From Mobula birostris (lineage: Eukaryota), in assembly GCF_030028105.1 (NCBI RefSeq), contig NC_092379.1, positions 22,807,130 to 22,871,129 on the forward strand: a DNA stretch of 64,000 nt. Reading direction: 5' to 3'. A model generated the notes under the pieces. That model searched no databases, had not been told where the DNA came from, and was given only the letters and a program-made list of their open reading frames with translations. Numbering within the stretch: position 1 is the stretch's first letter; the number at the start of each line of letters is the position of its first letter. Of this stretch, positions 1 through 11,692 are shown in pieces. The translations under genes and the position numbers were made by a program.

Positions 1-800
1 ACTGAAACAATATCCAATCTAAATCACAGTCTCGAAATCTAACAGTCTGAGAAACATATTTAAGGAGAAAAACAGACGCAAAGGACCAGAAAAGGATATT
101 TTTGTGAGCTATCTGGAAGACGTTGACTGAGGGAGCATTGCACTCTGGCACCATCTTAACCAGTAGCCTACCGCAGTTCGTATCTGGGCTTCTTGTCCTA
201 TGTTGAGTCACCAGCCTAGACTGCCATAAATCGAGGCCTCAGCAGAGTACAAATCTCCAGGTCCATCCACAGCTTTTGGTTTGGGATATCCGGGATGTTC
301 TCGAAGGGACACACTCATCCACACAGGTCTTGATGAAATCAGTGACAACTGTGGCATATTCATCAGATTGGAAGAAAGGTCTCTGAATATTGTCTAGTTC
401 ACCAGCTCAAACTCCTGTAAGCGCACTTGTGACTTCCTTGACCATATCTTCTTGGTCCTTACTACCAGCACTGTGGTCTTTAGTCTCTGCCTATATGCTG
501 GGAGTTGAAGTACAGCCAGGTGATTGGCCTCACCAAAGTGTGGCCATGTGCTGGCACGGTAACCGTTGTTGATGGTGGTATCACAGTGGTCAAGTGTTGG
601 CTCCTCTGGTTCCACAGGAGATATGTTAGTGGTCATTGTTCAGAGAGATCTTCAAGATGTCGTGGTTCAAATCCAGGTGTGCTATTTCGTGTCTACTGAT
701 CACAGTGCTCAGCTCTTCCAGTGACTGTCCGATGCTGGCCTGAGGTGGCTGCCCCCACACCATGCCTGGATCTGCTGTAGACTAATGGACTGAAATTGTT
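1..800 (-). mobile_element. Rex1/Babar-type non-LTR retrotransposon fragment (endonuclease-to-RT linker), decayed
   Basis: The minus ORF 394-636 (LDHCDTTINNGYRA...HFGEANHLAVLQLPAYRQRLKT...) matches the peptide of the same family seen at 55470-55725. Confidence 0.7.
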
Positions 801-1513
801 TGCAATCATTCATCAACAACTTCATTATCACTGTGTCATGTGACAGGGGACTGAACCCAGCAGGATTTAATCGTGAGCAGTGCCCTGCAATGATCTTTGT
901 CGGCCCTGCAACTATTCACTGATATTACTAATGATGTGGATGATGGGACACAAAGCCATGTCTATGGAACAAAGTGAGATCATTGACTGGGGCAGGCAAG
1001 TGACAGAGATGAAAAGAGAGATTTTTCATGAGGGATTCGAAAGTCAGTATCAGAATTTTCAATCTGGAGGAATCCCAGGATCAGTCTGAACAGATATGAG
1101 GCAGCTCATTGATTCAGGTCAATGTCACAAATGGATCTACAGACTCTCACCTGCACTGAGACAAGAAGATTGCAGGAAATGCTGTCTTTGATCAGAAACT
1201 GCATTTCTCATTGCAATTCACAGCTCCAATAGCACATTTTATTGGCATTCTAGCAGCTAAATGTCATGTAGCTGGGCAAATGTCCCACAGTTCAAGCTGT
1301 GACCCAACTGGGTCCCGATGAAATAAGCTCCTTGATGTTTGATTTTGTTTTCTCAGTCAGAGGTTGTAAGCAGAGATGAGCAACCCACTCTGTAAACAAA
1401 CCTGATTTCATTCCGTTGTACAATTCTGCACAGGATAAGTCTGAGCTGAAGTTGTCAAGCCAGCTGACGGCAGATATTGTCCAGTTTGTAAATTTTCTAT
1501 TTCTAATCTACAG

Positions 1514-1816
1514 AGTTGTCTGTCTTTATCCAAAATCCCTCCATTGAAGAGATGTGGATCAACCAGACCGCTACTCTGGTGTGTATGATTGTGGGTGCTG
1601 ATCTGAGCCAGGTCCAAATCCACTGGAAGGTGAATGAGAGGGAGAAAATCAAAGCAAATGTCACCAAAAAACTGAGAGAGGAAGGAACCCAAGACACAGT
1701 GATCAGCCAACTCCAGGCCAGTGTGGAGGAGTGGACCAGTGGGGTGGAGTACACTTGCTCTGCCCAACAACCTTCTGCAACCTCACCAGTATCAGCACGG
1801 ACAAAAAGTACCAAAG
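1514..1816 (+). CDS. IgW: Ig heavy-chain constant exon, C1-set (IgW CH3-like / IgNAR C2-like), intact
   Basis: Acceptor ctacAG ends at 1513 after a pyrimidine tract; donor G|GTgggc at 1817; phase 1 at both ends. Translation (E)LSVFIQNPSIEEMWINQTATLVC...QIHW...SVEEWTSGVEYTCSAQQPSATSPVSARTKSTK has the canonical Cys-Trp-Cys. The isotype (IgW vs IgNAR) is inferred. Confidence 0.93.
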
Positions 1817-1899
1817 GTGGGCAAGAGGTCAGCGATTAAAATGGACAACGTTGGTTACCTCAGTAAAAATGTTTGACATTTCCATTGTTTGCCCATCAG

Positions 1900-2223
1900 T
1901 TCCACTGGAGACAAAAGGTCCCAAAGTCAGACTGCTGCCACCGCCAGAGGGAGAGACCAAGATTGGGAACACGGTCACCCTCGAGTGTGTTGCTTCTGGA
2001 TTCTACCCGGACCAAATAAACGTCACCTGGGAGAAAGGGGACTCTCTGATCTCTTCCAACACCAGTGTGAGACCAACTGCTCTGGAACAGGCAGGGACTT
2101 TCATTGCCAGCTACGTCCTGACTGTGAGCACAGAGGAGTGGAAGGAAGGCTCAGTTTTCAGATGCACAGTGTCTCATCCCCCCTCCAAGACCAGTGTCAG
2201 GCAGGATGTGAAAAACATTCAAG
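1900..2223 (+). CDS. IgW: Ig heavy-chain constant exon, C1-set (IgW CH4-like / IgNAR C3-like), intact
   Basis: 83-nt intron 1817-1899 ends catcAG; donor G|GTatga at 2224. Translation VPLETKGPKVRLLPP...TLECVASGFYPDQINVTW...PTALEQAGTF...EEWKEGSVFRCTVSHPPS...KNIQ carries the PTALEQ and HPPS motifs of the IgW/IgNAR lineage. Confidence 0.93.
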
Positions 2224-2781
2224 GTATGATTCTGAGATTCACTCCACTGTTGACATCCTCTGCCACAGTCACAACCCAGGGACAAGCAAGGTCAATAGGT
2301 AACGGCAAGTCTGGCATTGTTGTAGTTGTGTGAGTGGATTAATAATGCAGAGGCAGAGAGTGGGAAAGAATCAGAGTTCATCCAATGCTTTCAAAACTTA
2401 ACTCTCTTCTAAACTACCAACACAAGGTCTGTCTGTCCATCAGTAAATACCCATCTGGGCCCCTCTGTCGCATCTCAGACAGATGTGCAAGAGTGTAGCA
2501 TCCACTCAGTACTAGTACCAGGATCACTGACCTACAGTCTGTTCCCAAGCCTCAGGACAATGGCGTGAACACACAACCAGAGGTGACTGTGAAAGATTGT
2601 AGCTTTAGATTACAAACTATTTCACTGATGTTCTTTGGTGAAGGACCCTGGCCTTCCTACCCTGTTTACCCATATCCATCAGTCCCACATCAAACTCTTC
2701 ATTGCTCTCTGACGGACCTGCTGGAGCAGAGTAAGGAATGCTGGCCTTGTCAGTGAGGGAATGATGAAATAATGACTGCAG

Positions 2782-3035
2782 GGTCAATGTTTCCACACCA
2801 ACGTCTCAGAGACATGAAGCAAGTCTATCTGTCAGCAGAACTGGAGGAACTGAGTTCCACTGGAGCAGGCATTGTGGAATGTAACTGGACATCAGACAGT
2901 TGTTGAGTTCCAGTAAACCAGAGAGATGCACAGTACTCAGCCAGGCACAGAACTAGTGCTGAAGCAATGGTACAGAGTACACTTGTGATGCTATCTCAGT
3001 GTTATCCCTTTCTCTGTTCACAAGTGTTCTCTAAC
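2782..3035 (+). pseudogene. Decayed Ig constant exon (CH5-like / NAR C4-like pseudo-exon)
   Basis: Motifs appear in the right order across frameshifts: AELEEL-[fs]-EFHW (Trp 2861; cf. ADLSQVQIHW of the intact exon), TVLSQAQ 2930-2950 (cf. TVISQLQ) and *SNGTEYTC (Cys 2984; cf. WTSGVEYTC). It has stops, deletions and no intact donor. Ends are approximate. Confidence 0.75.
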
Positions 3036-3183
3036 CCACTGAACACTTTCCACAATTTATCTTTCATTTCCAAAAGTAAAAACTTCTACATTTTAGATGT
3101 GGAGAGATCACTAGTGGTGTAAACATTGGCCTCGATGGTGTAAGAACAGAATATTCCAGGAAAACATCATGCAAATGAAAAAG

Positions 3184-3518
3184 TCCATTCCCAATATGAA
3201 CCCTCTGAAGTTACCCTTCCCCACCAGATGAGACGGAAAGAAGTTGGGTCACTGGGTTCTCTGCAGCAGAGATTCCCATGGACAGAGTGGCCAACAACTC
3301 CAGTTGTCAACCTTCAACTGATGGTTGATCCTCCAACAGTGTGGTTTACGTCTCTGAAACAAGGAAGGTTACCTGCAAGTCCTTTCTCATTGGCTCAAAA
3401 TGGAAATATATATTCCATGACTAAGTACATCAAAATAAATTACCAACATTTCTGAGATCCTGCGGATTTTGTTAAAACTTCCTTGTGTCAGGTCTGATCC
3501 TGTTGGGAACTTGTGTAG
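3184..3518 (+). pseudogene. Decayed terminal constant exon (CH6-like / NAR C5-like) plus secretory tailpiece remnant
   Basis: SQYEPSEVTLPH starts at 3189 (cf. SQMHPPKVYLLH). SWVTGFSAAEIPMDRVANNS at 3242-3301 aligns with CLATNFHPAEIYVGWMANDT, with the Cys and Trp codons mutated. The tail FVKTSL..SDPVG-TC at 3468-3514 resembles VNVSVVLSDTVKSC. Frameshifted. Confidence 0.72.
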
Positions 3519-4386
3519 ACTACTTGACAGGTTAAAAGTCAGCCTGTGTTTGTGTAATCAAAGTTCAATAACGAAGGTATGGAAAGCATTCGGCTGCCAG
3601 TGTTCCGTGCCGGTATGTTTTGGGATAAAATTGTGTGACTTAAACCTGAGGGGCTGGAAGTGTTGCCTGGTTGGTTCTGTCCTTCATTGTACAGACAGAC
3701 AGACAGACATTCAAGTAGATTTTGGTAAATGTGTACTATCGTTTCCACTGTGCAAATGATAGAAAATTTTGGATTGGTCCACAATTTCAAAGTTTAATAG
3801 ACAGGGAAAGGTATTTTATCAACTGTGTGAAGACAATTGGTGAACTCATTCAGAAAGTGGAGAGTTACAGAAAGAAGGGACAATATGTAGACAGTGATGT
3901 CCTCTGACCTGCAGCAATGTGTTCAGTGATGACACTATTCACTAGATTTATTCATGGTTTAGATATTGGGTAGAAACACAGATGACTAATTTTTGCCACT
4001 CACACAAGGCTGGCAGACCTGTCAGCATCTGGAAAGCTTTAACTACAGAGATAATAATCGATGAAATGAATAGGCAGGAACCAACTCCAGGTCTTTGGAC
4101 AAACTGTCTTGGAGGGACTGCTGAACATACATGCACACCCCAGAGCAAATTACAAGTTGGGATGATGGTTAATGAACATTAAGTGAAGACCTGGTCAATA
4201 TTTTTAGCAGAGCGAACATAGTTGATTCAGAGAAACTAGTTCATTTAGTTCTGTCCAGGGGCTCACAGGTTACAAATGACATGCTGTGAAGAAACAAGTC
4301 ATCAAGTTTACTCAACTTTATTGCCATGTTGATCTTCAAGAAACAACGACAAGAAACTAACCTTCTCACTTTCTCTATTCTTTCAG

Positions 4387-4529
4387 AAACCTGCACAGAC
4401 TTGACAGGAGAGGAGGGGAAGGAAGAACAGGGACACGTGGACGGAGATGACAATGTGCTTACAGTTGTTGCCTTTGTCATTCTGTTCATCATCAGTTTCC
4501 TCTACAGCACCTTAGTCACCGTTGTCAAG
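4387..4529 (+). CDS. IgW: Ig heavy-chain transmembrane exon TM1, intact
   Basis: Acceptor tttcAG ends at 4386; donor AAG|GTaact at 4530. Spliced to 2223 it reads ETCTDLTGEEGKEEQGHVDGDDNVLTVVAFVILFIISFLYSTLVTVVK: an acidic spacer with a Cys, then the antigen-receptor TM motif F..SF.YST. Confidence 0.92.
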
Positions 4530-4707
4530 GTAACTAATTGACTAACAGAGACATCCCATGAAACACAAACTTTCACCTTCCTTATCTCACATTGCATTCT
4601 CTGACACTGCAATCCCAACGACAGCACAATCAACAGACAACGCAGTCTGAGGCCTTCACAACCCCTGGGACTTTACACCTTTCCTCTTTACTCCGAGCCT
4701 CTGGGCC

Positions 4708-7700
4708 TTGATAAGCAGAAGTTATGACCTGTACAAAAGGGATAGGTTACACCTGAATCCACAGGGGACAAATATCCTTGCAGACAGGTTTGCTGGAGCT
4801 GTTCAGAAGAGATTAAACAAATCTGGCAGGGGGATGGGAAATGATGTGATAGGGATGAGGATCAAATCGTTATGTTTACAAACAGGAGCAGTGTGTAGTG
4901 AGACTGCTACTGAGAAGAAGCTGATGACCAGGTAAAATTACAGTTAACAGGATGAGTTGCAGTGTAAAAGAGGACGCAAATTTAAAATGTGATGAATACA
5001 GGACTGAAGGTGTTATATTTGAATGCACGCAGGGTATGGAATAAACTCGATGAACTTGAAGCCCAGCTACATATTGACTTTCTGGGCATCACCGAATTGT
5101 GGCTGAAAGATTATAGCTGTGAGCTTAATTTCAAAGGATACACATTGTATCGAAAGGACAGGGAGGTAGGCAGAAGGCGTGGTGTGGCTGTGTTGGTAAA
5201 AAATTAAATTAAATCATTAGAAAGAGGTGACACAGGATCGGAAGGCGTAGAATCGTTCTGGGTAGAGCTCAGAATCTGGAAGAGTGAAAGACCCTGATGG
5301 GAGTTATATACAGACCTGCAAACAGTATAGCAAAGATGTGGTCTACAAATTACAACCGCGGACAGAAAGTGCATGTCAAAAGTGCAATGTTGAGATAGTC
5401 ATCGTGAATTTCAATATGCACGTTGATTGAACTGGAGTGGAACCAATATCCTGGCTTTGCTGATGCTACTTGGGAGAGTTTTAGCTCGTCTTGCAGGGGC
5501 TGAGAGCCAGAGCCCCAGGTCAGTAGGGGAAGGACCTGACCAGAAGTTAGATGTCAGGAAAGGTATTGAAAGGCTACTTCCTTCAGAACCCGAGGGTACA
5601 TTCCATCAGGTCCAGGAGATTTATCCAACCTCAGACCATTCAGCTTCCTGAGCACCTTCTCAGTCGTAATTTTCACTGCACCTACTTGTCCAATATACTG
5701 CATATGTCTTTTCTTTCTCCTGCTGTAATTTTTAATCCACATCCTGGCTGCTGTTTAGAGGCCTGCATACAACTGCCATTGGGTTCCTTTTACCCTTGCC
5801 ATTCCTTAACTCAACCCGTAGAGACTCTACACCTTCCGATTCTATGTCACCCCTTTCTAATGACTTAATATTATTTCTTATGAACAGGGCCGCACCACCC
5901 CTTCTGCCTACTAACCTATCTTTCCGATACACCATATATCCTTGGACGTTCAGCTCCCAATGGCAGCCATCCTTTAGCCAAGATGAAATTAGAGCATGGA
6001 TCAGTTTGTGGAACTACAATCTTATAGACATTTCAGAAACCTGGTCAAGAGAGGGGCAGGAATGGGTGATTAATGTACCAGGTTCTTTAAGGAGGGTGCA
6101 ATCACACTAATGGGATTGTACTACAGACCCCTTAAAAGCCACCAGGACATTGAGGAATGGATATGTAATTAGGTTCACCAAAAGTATAAAAATAATATTT
6201 TTGTTGTCGTCATGGAGGGTTTCAACTTCCCTAATATCAACTGGGACTATCTTAGTGTATGTGCGTCCAGGAAGGTTTCTTAAATCAGTATGTGCACAGT
6301 CCAATGAAAGGAGGGGGCCATTCTGTTACAGGTGTTGGGGAATGAGCCTGGCCAGGTGACTGACCTTTCAGTGGGTGAACAGTAAGGGAACAAGGGCATT
6401 CAGCAGGAACTAAGAAGAGTTAATTGGAAACACCTTTTCTCTGGCAAGTCCACATCAGACATGTGGAGTGTGTTTAAAGAGCAATTGCGCAGAATGCAGG
6501 AAAGGTATGTTCCTGTCAGAAGGAAGGATGGGCATGGAAAGATAAGGGAACCCTGCATGTCCAGAGAAGTGATGAATTTAGTCAAGAAAAAAAGATAAAG
6601 TTTGTAAGGCTTCAGAAGGTTGAATCAAACAAAGCACATGAGGGGTATAAAGAAGCCAGAAAGGAACTAAAAGGAATTAGGGAATTAGGAAAGCCAGGAG
6701 AGGCCATGAAAAGTCCTTGATAAGTTGGATTAAGGAGAATCCCAAGGCGTTTTATACATACATCAAGACCAAGAGGATAACTCAGGAGATGGTGGGACAA
6801 CTCAATGATAAAGGGGGGAACATTTGCTTGGATGCAGAGAATGTGAGTGAGGAACTTAATAAGTTCTTTGCTTCAGTATTTACAAAGGGAAAAGATGTGG
6901 AGGACCAGAAGAACAGTGCTGAGTGTGTAAATAAATTAGGGAATTTAGAGGTAAAGGCAGAGGAAGTGTTGGGCCTCCAAAAAAGGATTAAGATGGATAA
7001 GTCCTCAGGACTAATGTTACATAGAAACTTAGAAAACTTACAGCACAATACAGGCCCTGTGGCCCACAATGCTGTGCCGAACATGTTCTTACTTTAGAAA
7101 TTACGTAGGTTACCCAGAGCCCTCTATTTTTCTAAGATCCATGGACCTATCCAGCAGCCTCTTAAAAGACCTTATTCTATCCGCCTTCACCTCCATCGTC
7201 GGCAGCCTATTCCACACACTCACCACTCTCTGTGTAAAAACTTACCCCTGACATCTCCTCTGACCTTAAAACTGTGCCCTCTCTTGTTAACCATTTCAGT
7301 TCTGGGGAAAAGCCTCTGACTATCCACACAATTAATGTCTCTCATCATCTTGTACACCTCTATCAGGTCACCTCTCATCCTTCGTCACTCCAAGCAGAAA
7401 AGGCTAAATTTGCTCAACCTATTCTCGTAAGGCGTGCTCCCCAATCCAGGCAACATCCTTGTAAATTACCTCTGCACCCTTTCTATATTTTCCACATCCT
7501 TCCTCTAGTGAGGTGACCAGAACTGAGCACAGTACTCTGTGGGGTCTGAGCACGGTCCTATACAGCTGCAACATTATCTCTCAGCTCTTGAACTCAATCC
7601 CACAGATGATGAAGGCCAGCGTACCATATGCCTTCTTAACCACACTGTCAACCTGTGTCGCAGCTTTGAGTGTCCTGTGGACATGGAGCCCAAGATTCCT

Positions 7701-8500
7701 CTGATCCTCCACACTGCCAAGAGTCTTACTATTAATACTATATTCTGCCATGATACTTGACCTACCAAAATAAACCAGCTCACACTTACCGGGGTTTAAC
7801 TCCAACTGCCACTTCTCAGCCCAGTTTTACATCCTATTGATGTCCTGCTGTAAACTCTGACAGCCCTCCACACTATCCACAACACCCCCAACCTTTGTGT
7901 CATCAGCAAATTTACTAACCCATCCCTCATCCAAGTCATTTATAAAAATCACGAAGAGATGAGGTCCCAGATGAGGCACACCACCGGTCACCAACCTCCA
8001 TACAGAATATGACCTGTCTAAACAACCCTCTGCCTTCTGTGGGCAAGCCAGTTCTAGATCCACAAAGCAAGGTCCCCTTGGATACCATGCCACCTTACTT
8101 TCTCAGTAAGCCTTGCGTGGGGTACTTTATCAAATGCCTCGCTGAAATCCATAGAGTCTAATGTTGTACCTCTACTTAAGAAGGGAACAAGGCAAAATCC
8201 TGTGAACTATAGACTGGTGAGTCTCACGTAAATTGAAGGGAAATTGCTAAGGAAAAATCTTGGAGAAAGATTATCTGAGTATTTGGAAACCCAAGGCCTA
8301 AGAAGGGAGAGCTAGCACGACTTTCTGTGGCACAAGTTGTGCCTTACCAACTTAATTGGGTTTTTTGACAAGGTGCCAAGCCAGATTGATGAAGGCAAGG
8401 CAGTGGATACTGTCCACATGGATTTTAGCAAGGCATTTGACGAAGTCCCCCATGGGAGGCTAATCCAGAAGATTAAGATGCATGGGATACGTGGTAAATT
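4708..8500. mobile_element. Mosaic of decayed CR1 LINE fragments in both orientations
   Basis: Peptides include LHLNPQGTNILA (ORF1 end), VLYLNAR...GITELWL (endonuclease) and KENPKAFY / DKSSG (pre-RT). A minus-strand 3' end with a tagaaac-type tail lies near 7022. Confidence 0.85.
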
Positions 8501-10470
8501 ATAAAAATAAAAGAGAGGAAGTATAACATAGCAAGGATGAGTGGGAAGCCATAGCATTGGGAGACTTTTAAGGAGCAACAGAAGATAACTAAAAAGGCAA
8601 TATGGGGGGAAAAGATGAGATACGAAGGTAAGCTAGCCAAAAATATAAAGGAGGATAGTCATAGCTTCTTTAGGTATGTGAAGAGGGAAAAAATAGTTAA
8701 GACCAAAGTTGAGCCCTTGAAGGCAGAAATGGGGAAATTATTATGAGGAACAAGGAAATGGCAGACGAGCTGAACAGGTGGTTTGGATCTGTCTTCACTA
8801 GGGAAGTTACGAACAATCTCCCAGATGTAATAGTGGCCAGAGGACCTAGGGTAACAGAGGAACCGAGGGAAATTCATATCAGGCACAAAATGGTGTTGAG
8901 TAAACTGATCGGACTGAAGGTTGATAAATCCCCAGGGCCTGATGGTCTGCATCCCAGGGTACTTAAGGAGGTGGCTCTCGAAATCGTGGATGCATTGGTA
9001 ATTATTTTCCAATGTTCTATAGATTCAGGATCAGTTCTTACAAATTGGAGGGTAGCTAATGTTATCCCACCTTTTAAAGAAGGAGAGAGAGAGAAAACAA
9101 GCAATTGTAGACCAGTTAGTCTGACATCAGTGGTGGGGAAGATACTGGAATCAATTATAAAAGATGTAATAGTGACATATTTGGATAGCAGTGGCAGGAT
9201 AGGTCCAAGTCAGCATAGATTTATGAAGAGGAAATCATGCTTGAGAACGTGACTATGAAAATGGATATGGGAAAGCCAGTGGATGTAGTGTACCTGGACT
9301 TTCAGAAAGCCTTTGATAAGGTCCCACATAGGAGGTTAGTGTGCAAAATTAGAGCAAATGGTATTGGGGATAGGGTACTGACATGGATAGAAAATTGGTT
9401 GGCAGACAGGAAACAAAGAGCAGAGATTAATAGGTCTTTTTCAGAATGTCAGGCAGTGACAAGTGGGGTACCGCAAGGCTCGGTGCTGGGACCGCAGCTA
9501 TTTACAATATACATTAATGATTTAGATGAAGGGATTAAAAGTAACATTAGCAAATTTGCAGATGACACAAAGCTGGCTGGCAGTGTGAAATGTGAGGAGG
9601 GTGTTATGAGAATGCAGGGTGACTTGGACAGCTTGGGTGAGTGGGCAGATGCATGGCAGGTGCAGTTTAATGTGGATAAATGTGAGGTTATCCACTTTGG
9701 TGGCAAGAACAGGAAGGCAGATTACTATCTGAATGGTGTCAAGTTAGGAAAAGGGGAAGTCCTTGTTCATCAGTCACTGAAAGTAAGCGTGCAGGTACAG
9801 CAGGCAGTGAAGAAAGCTAATGGCATGCTGGCCTTCATAACAAGGGGAATTGAGTATAGGAGCAAGGAGGTCCTTCTGCAGTTGTACAGGGCCCTGCTGA
9901 GACCACACCTGGAGTACTGTGTGCAGTTTTCCTCTCCAAATTTGAGGAAGGACATTCTTGCTATTGAGGGAGTGCAGCGTAGGTTCACGAGGTTAATTCC
10001 TGGGTTGGCGGTACTGTCATATGTTGAAAGACTGGAGCGACTGGGGTTGTATACACTGGAATTTAGAAGGATGAGGGGGGGATCTGATTGAAACATGTAA
10101 GATTATTAAGGGATTGGACACGCTAGAGGCAGGAAGCATGTTCCCCATGTTGGGGGAGTCCAGAGCCAGAGGCCACAGTTTAAGAATAAGGGGTAGACAA
10201 TTTAGAATGTTGAGGAAAAACTTCTTCACACAGAGAGCTGTGGTTCTGTGGAATGCTCTGCCTCAGAAGACGGTGGAGGCCAATTCTCTGGATTCTTTCA
10301 AAAAAGAGTTAGATAGAGCTCTTAAAGATAGTGGAGTGAAGGGATATGGGGAGAAGGCAGGAAAAGGGTACTGATTGTGGATGATCAGCCATGATCACAG
10401 TGAATGGTGATGCTGGCTCAAAGGGCTGAATGGCCTACTCCTGCACCTGTTGTCTGTTGTCTATTGTCTA
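8500..10470 (+). mobile_element. CR1 LINE, 5'-truncated, RT domain through 3' UTR
   Basis: ORFs 8743-9252 and 9237-10091 contain [31 protein letters not shown] and FADDTKL. The 3' end has (ctattgt)-type repeats near 10460. Confidence 0.93.
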
Positions 10471-10710
10471 ATCATCTTTTTGGATTCAGAACTGGCTTAC
10501 ACATAAAAGAGAGTGGCTAGTGGTTGAAGGGACATGTTCAACCTGGAGGGCTGTGATTAGTGGAGTTCCACAGGTGTCTGTACTGGGACTATCGTTGTTT
10601 GTAATGTATATAAATGATCTGGATGAAAGTGTAGATAGGTTGGTTGGTAAATTTGTGCATGATTCCAAGGCTGGTGGAGTTGTGGATAGGGCAGAAGACA
10701 CTGAGGGGAG

Positions 10711-11290
10711 CAGGCCAAAATTGATTGGAAGGGGACACTAGCAGGGATGATGGCAGGGCTGCAATGGCTGGTGATTCTGAGTGCAAATCAGAAGGCGCAA
10801 GATAGATGCATCCCAAAGAAGAAATATTCTAAAGGTGGGATGACGCCAGGCGGTAACTATGGAAAAGAGTAAACAAACAATGTCTTGGGCCAAGAGCCTT
10901 CATCAGACTGAAACATTGATGATTGACTCTTTTTCACAGATGCTGCCAGGTCTGCTGAGCTCCTTCAGCATTTTATGTGTGTTAGAAGCCATGGTATTCC
11001 AGGAAAGACACTGGCATGGATGGAACACTGGCTGATTGGCAGGAGGCAAAGAAAAGAGGGTCTTTTCTGGTTAGCTGCCAGTGAATAGTGTGCTCCACAA
11101 GGGTCTGTGTTGCAACTGCTTCTTTTCATGTCAATTGTCAATAATTTGGATAACGGAATTGATGGCTTTTATGTCCAAGTTTGCAGATGATACAAAGAGA
11201 GGTGGAGGGGAAGGCAGAGTTGAGGAAGCAGAGAGGCTACAGAAATACTAAGAAATATCAGAAGAATGGTCGAAGAAGTGGCAGATATGA
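10711..11290 (+). repeat. Composite CR1 / inverted hammerhead-fragment / CR1 segment, copy 1 (copy 2 at 21290-21880)
   Basis: Both places show the same three-part junction: ...tatggaaaagagt-aacaaacaatg...cttcatcag.ctgaaac...gtgtgtt...CR1 RT. Confidence 0.8.
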
Positions 11291-11692
11291 GGAGGTGATA
11301 GACAGGGGCTACAGGGAGGAGATCACCCCAAGGTTGCAGGAGACAGGTGTCTGGGTGACTGTCAGGAGAAGGAGGGCAAATGTACAAGAAGTGCAGAGAA
11401 CACCTGTGGCTGTTCCCCTCAATAATAAATCTATAACTTTATATACTATTGAAGGGGAGTCAGAGTGACTGGGTCTCTGGCACTGAGTCTGGTGATGTGG
11501 CTCAGAAGAGGAGAGAGGCGAAGAGGAATGCAGTGATGATAGGAGATTCCTCAGACAGAGGATCAGGATGAGGTTCTGTGGGTGCGATACTGACACACAG
11601 ATGGTATGCTGCATCCCTGCTGTCAGGATCAGGGATATCACAGATTGTGTCCATGGCATTCTCAATGGCGAGCATGAACAGCCAGAAGTCTT
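11290..11692 (+). mobile_element. CR1 ORF1 (esterase-like) fragment, host of the Gypsy insertion
   Basis: Peptides VWVTVRR, PVAVPLNNK and AVMIGDS. It is interrupted at ...cagaagtctt, and the interrupted sequence resumes at 36437. Confidence 0.8.

Noticed and set aside
1408-2302. Alternative-frame and antisense ORFs over the Ig exons (1408-1770, 1503-1814, 1889-2302)
   Set aside because: These are shadow ORFs of the real exons.
3169-3176. Perfect octamer ATGCAAAT inside the Ig gene
   Set aside because: About two such 8-mers are expected by chance in 64 kb on both strands, and there is no supporting promoter or enhancer context.
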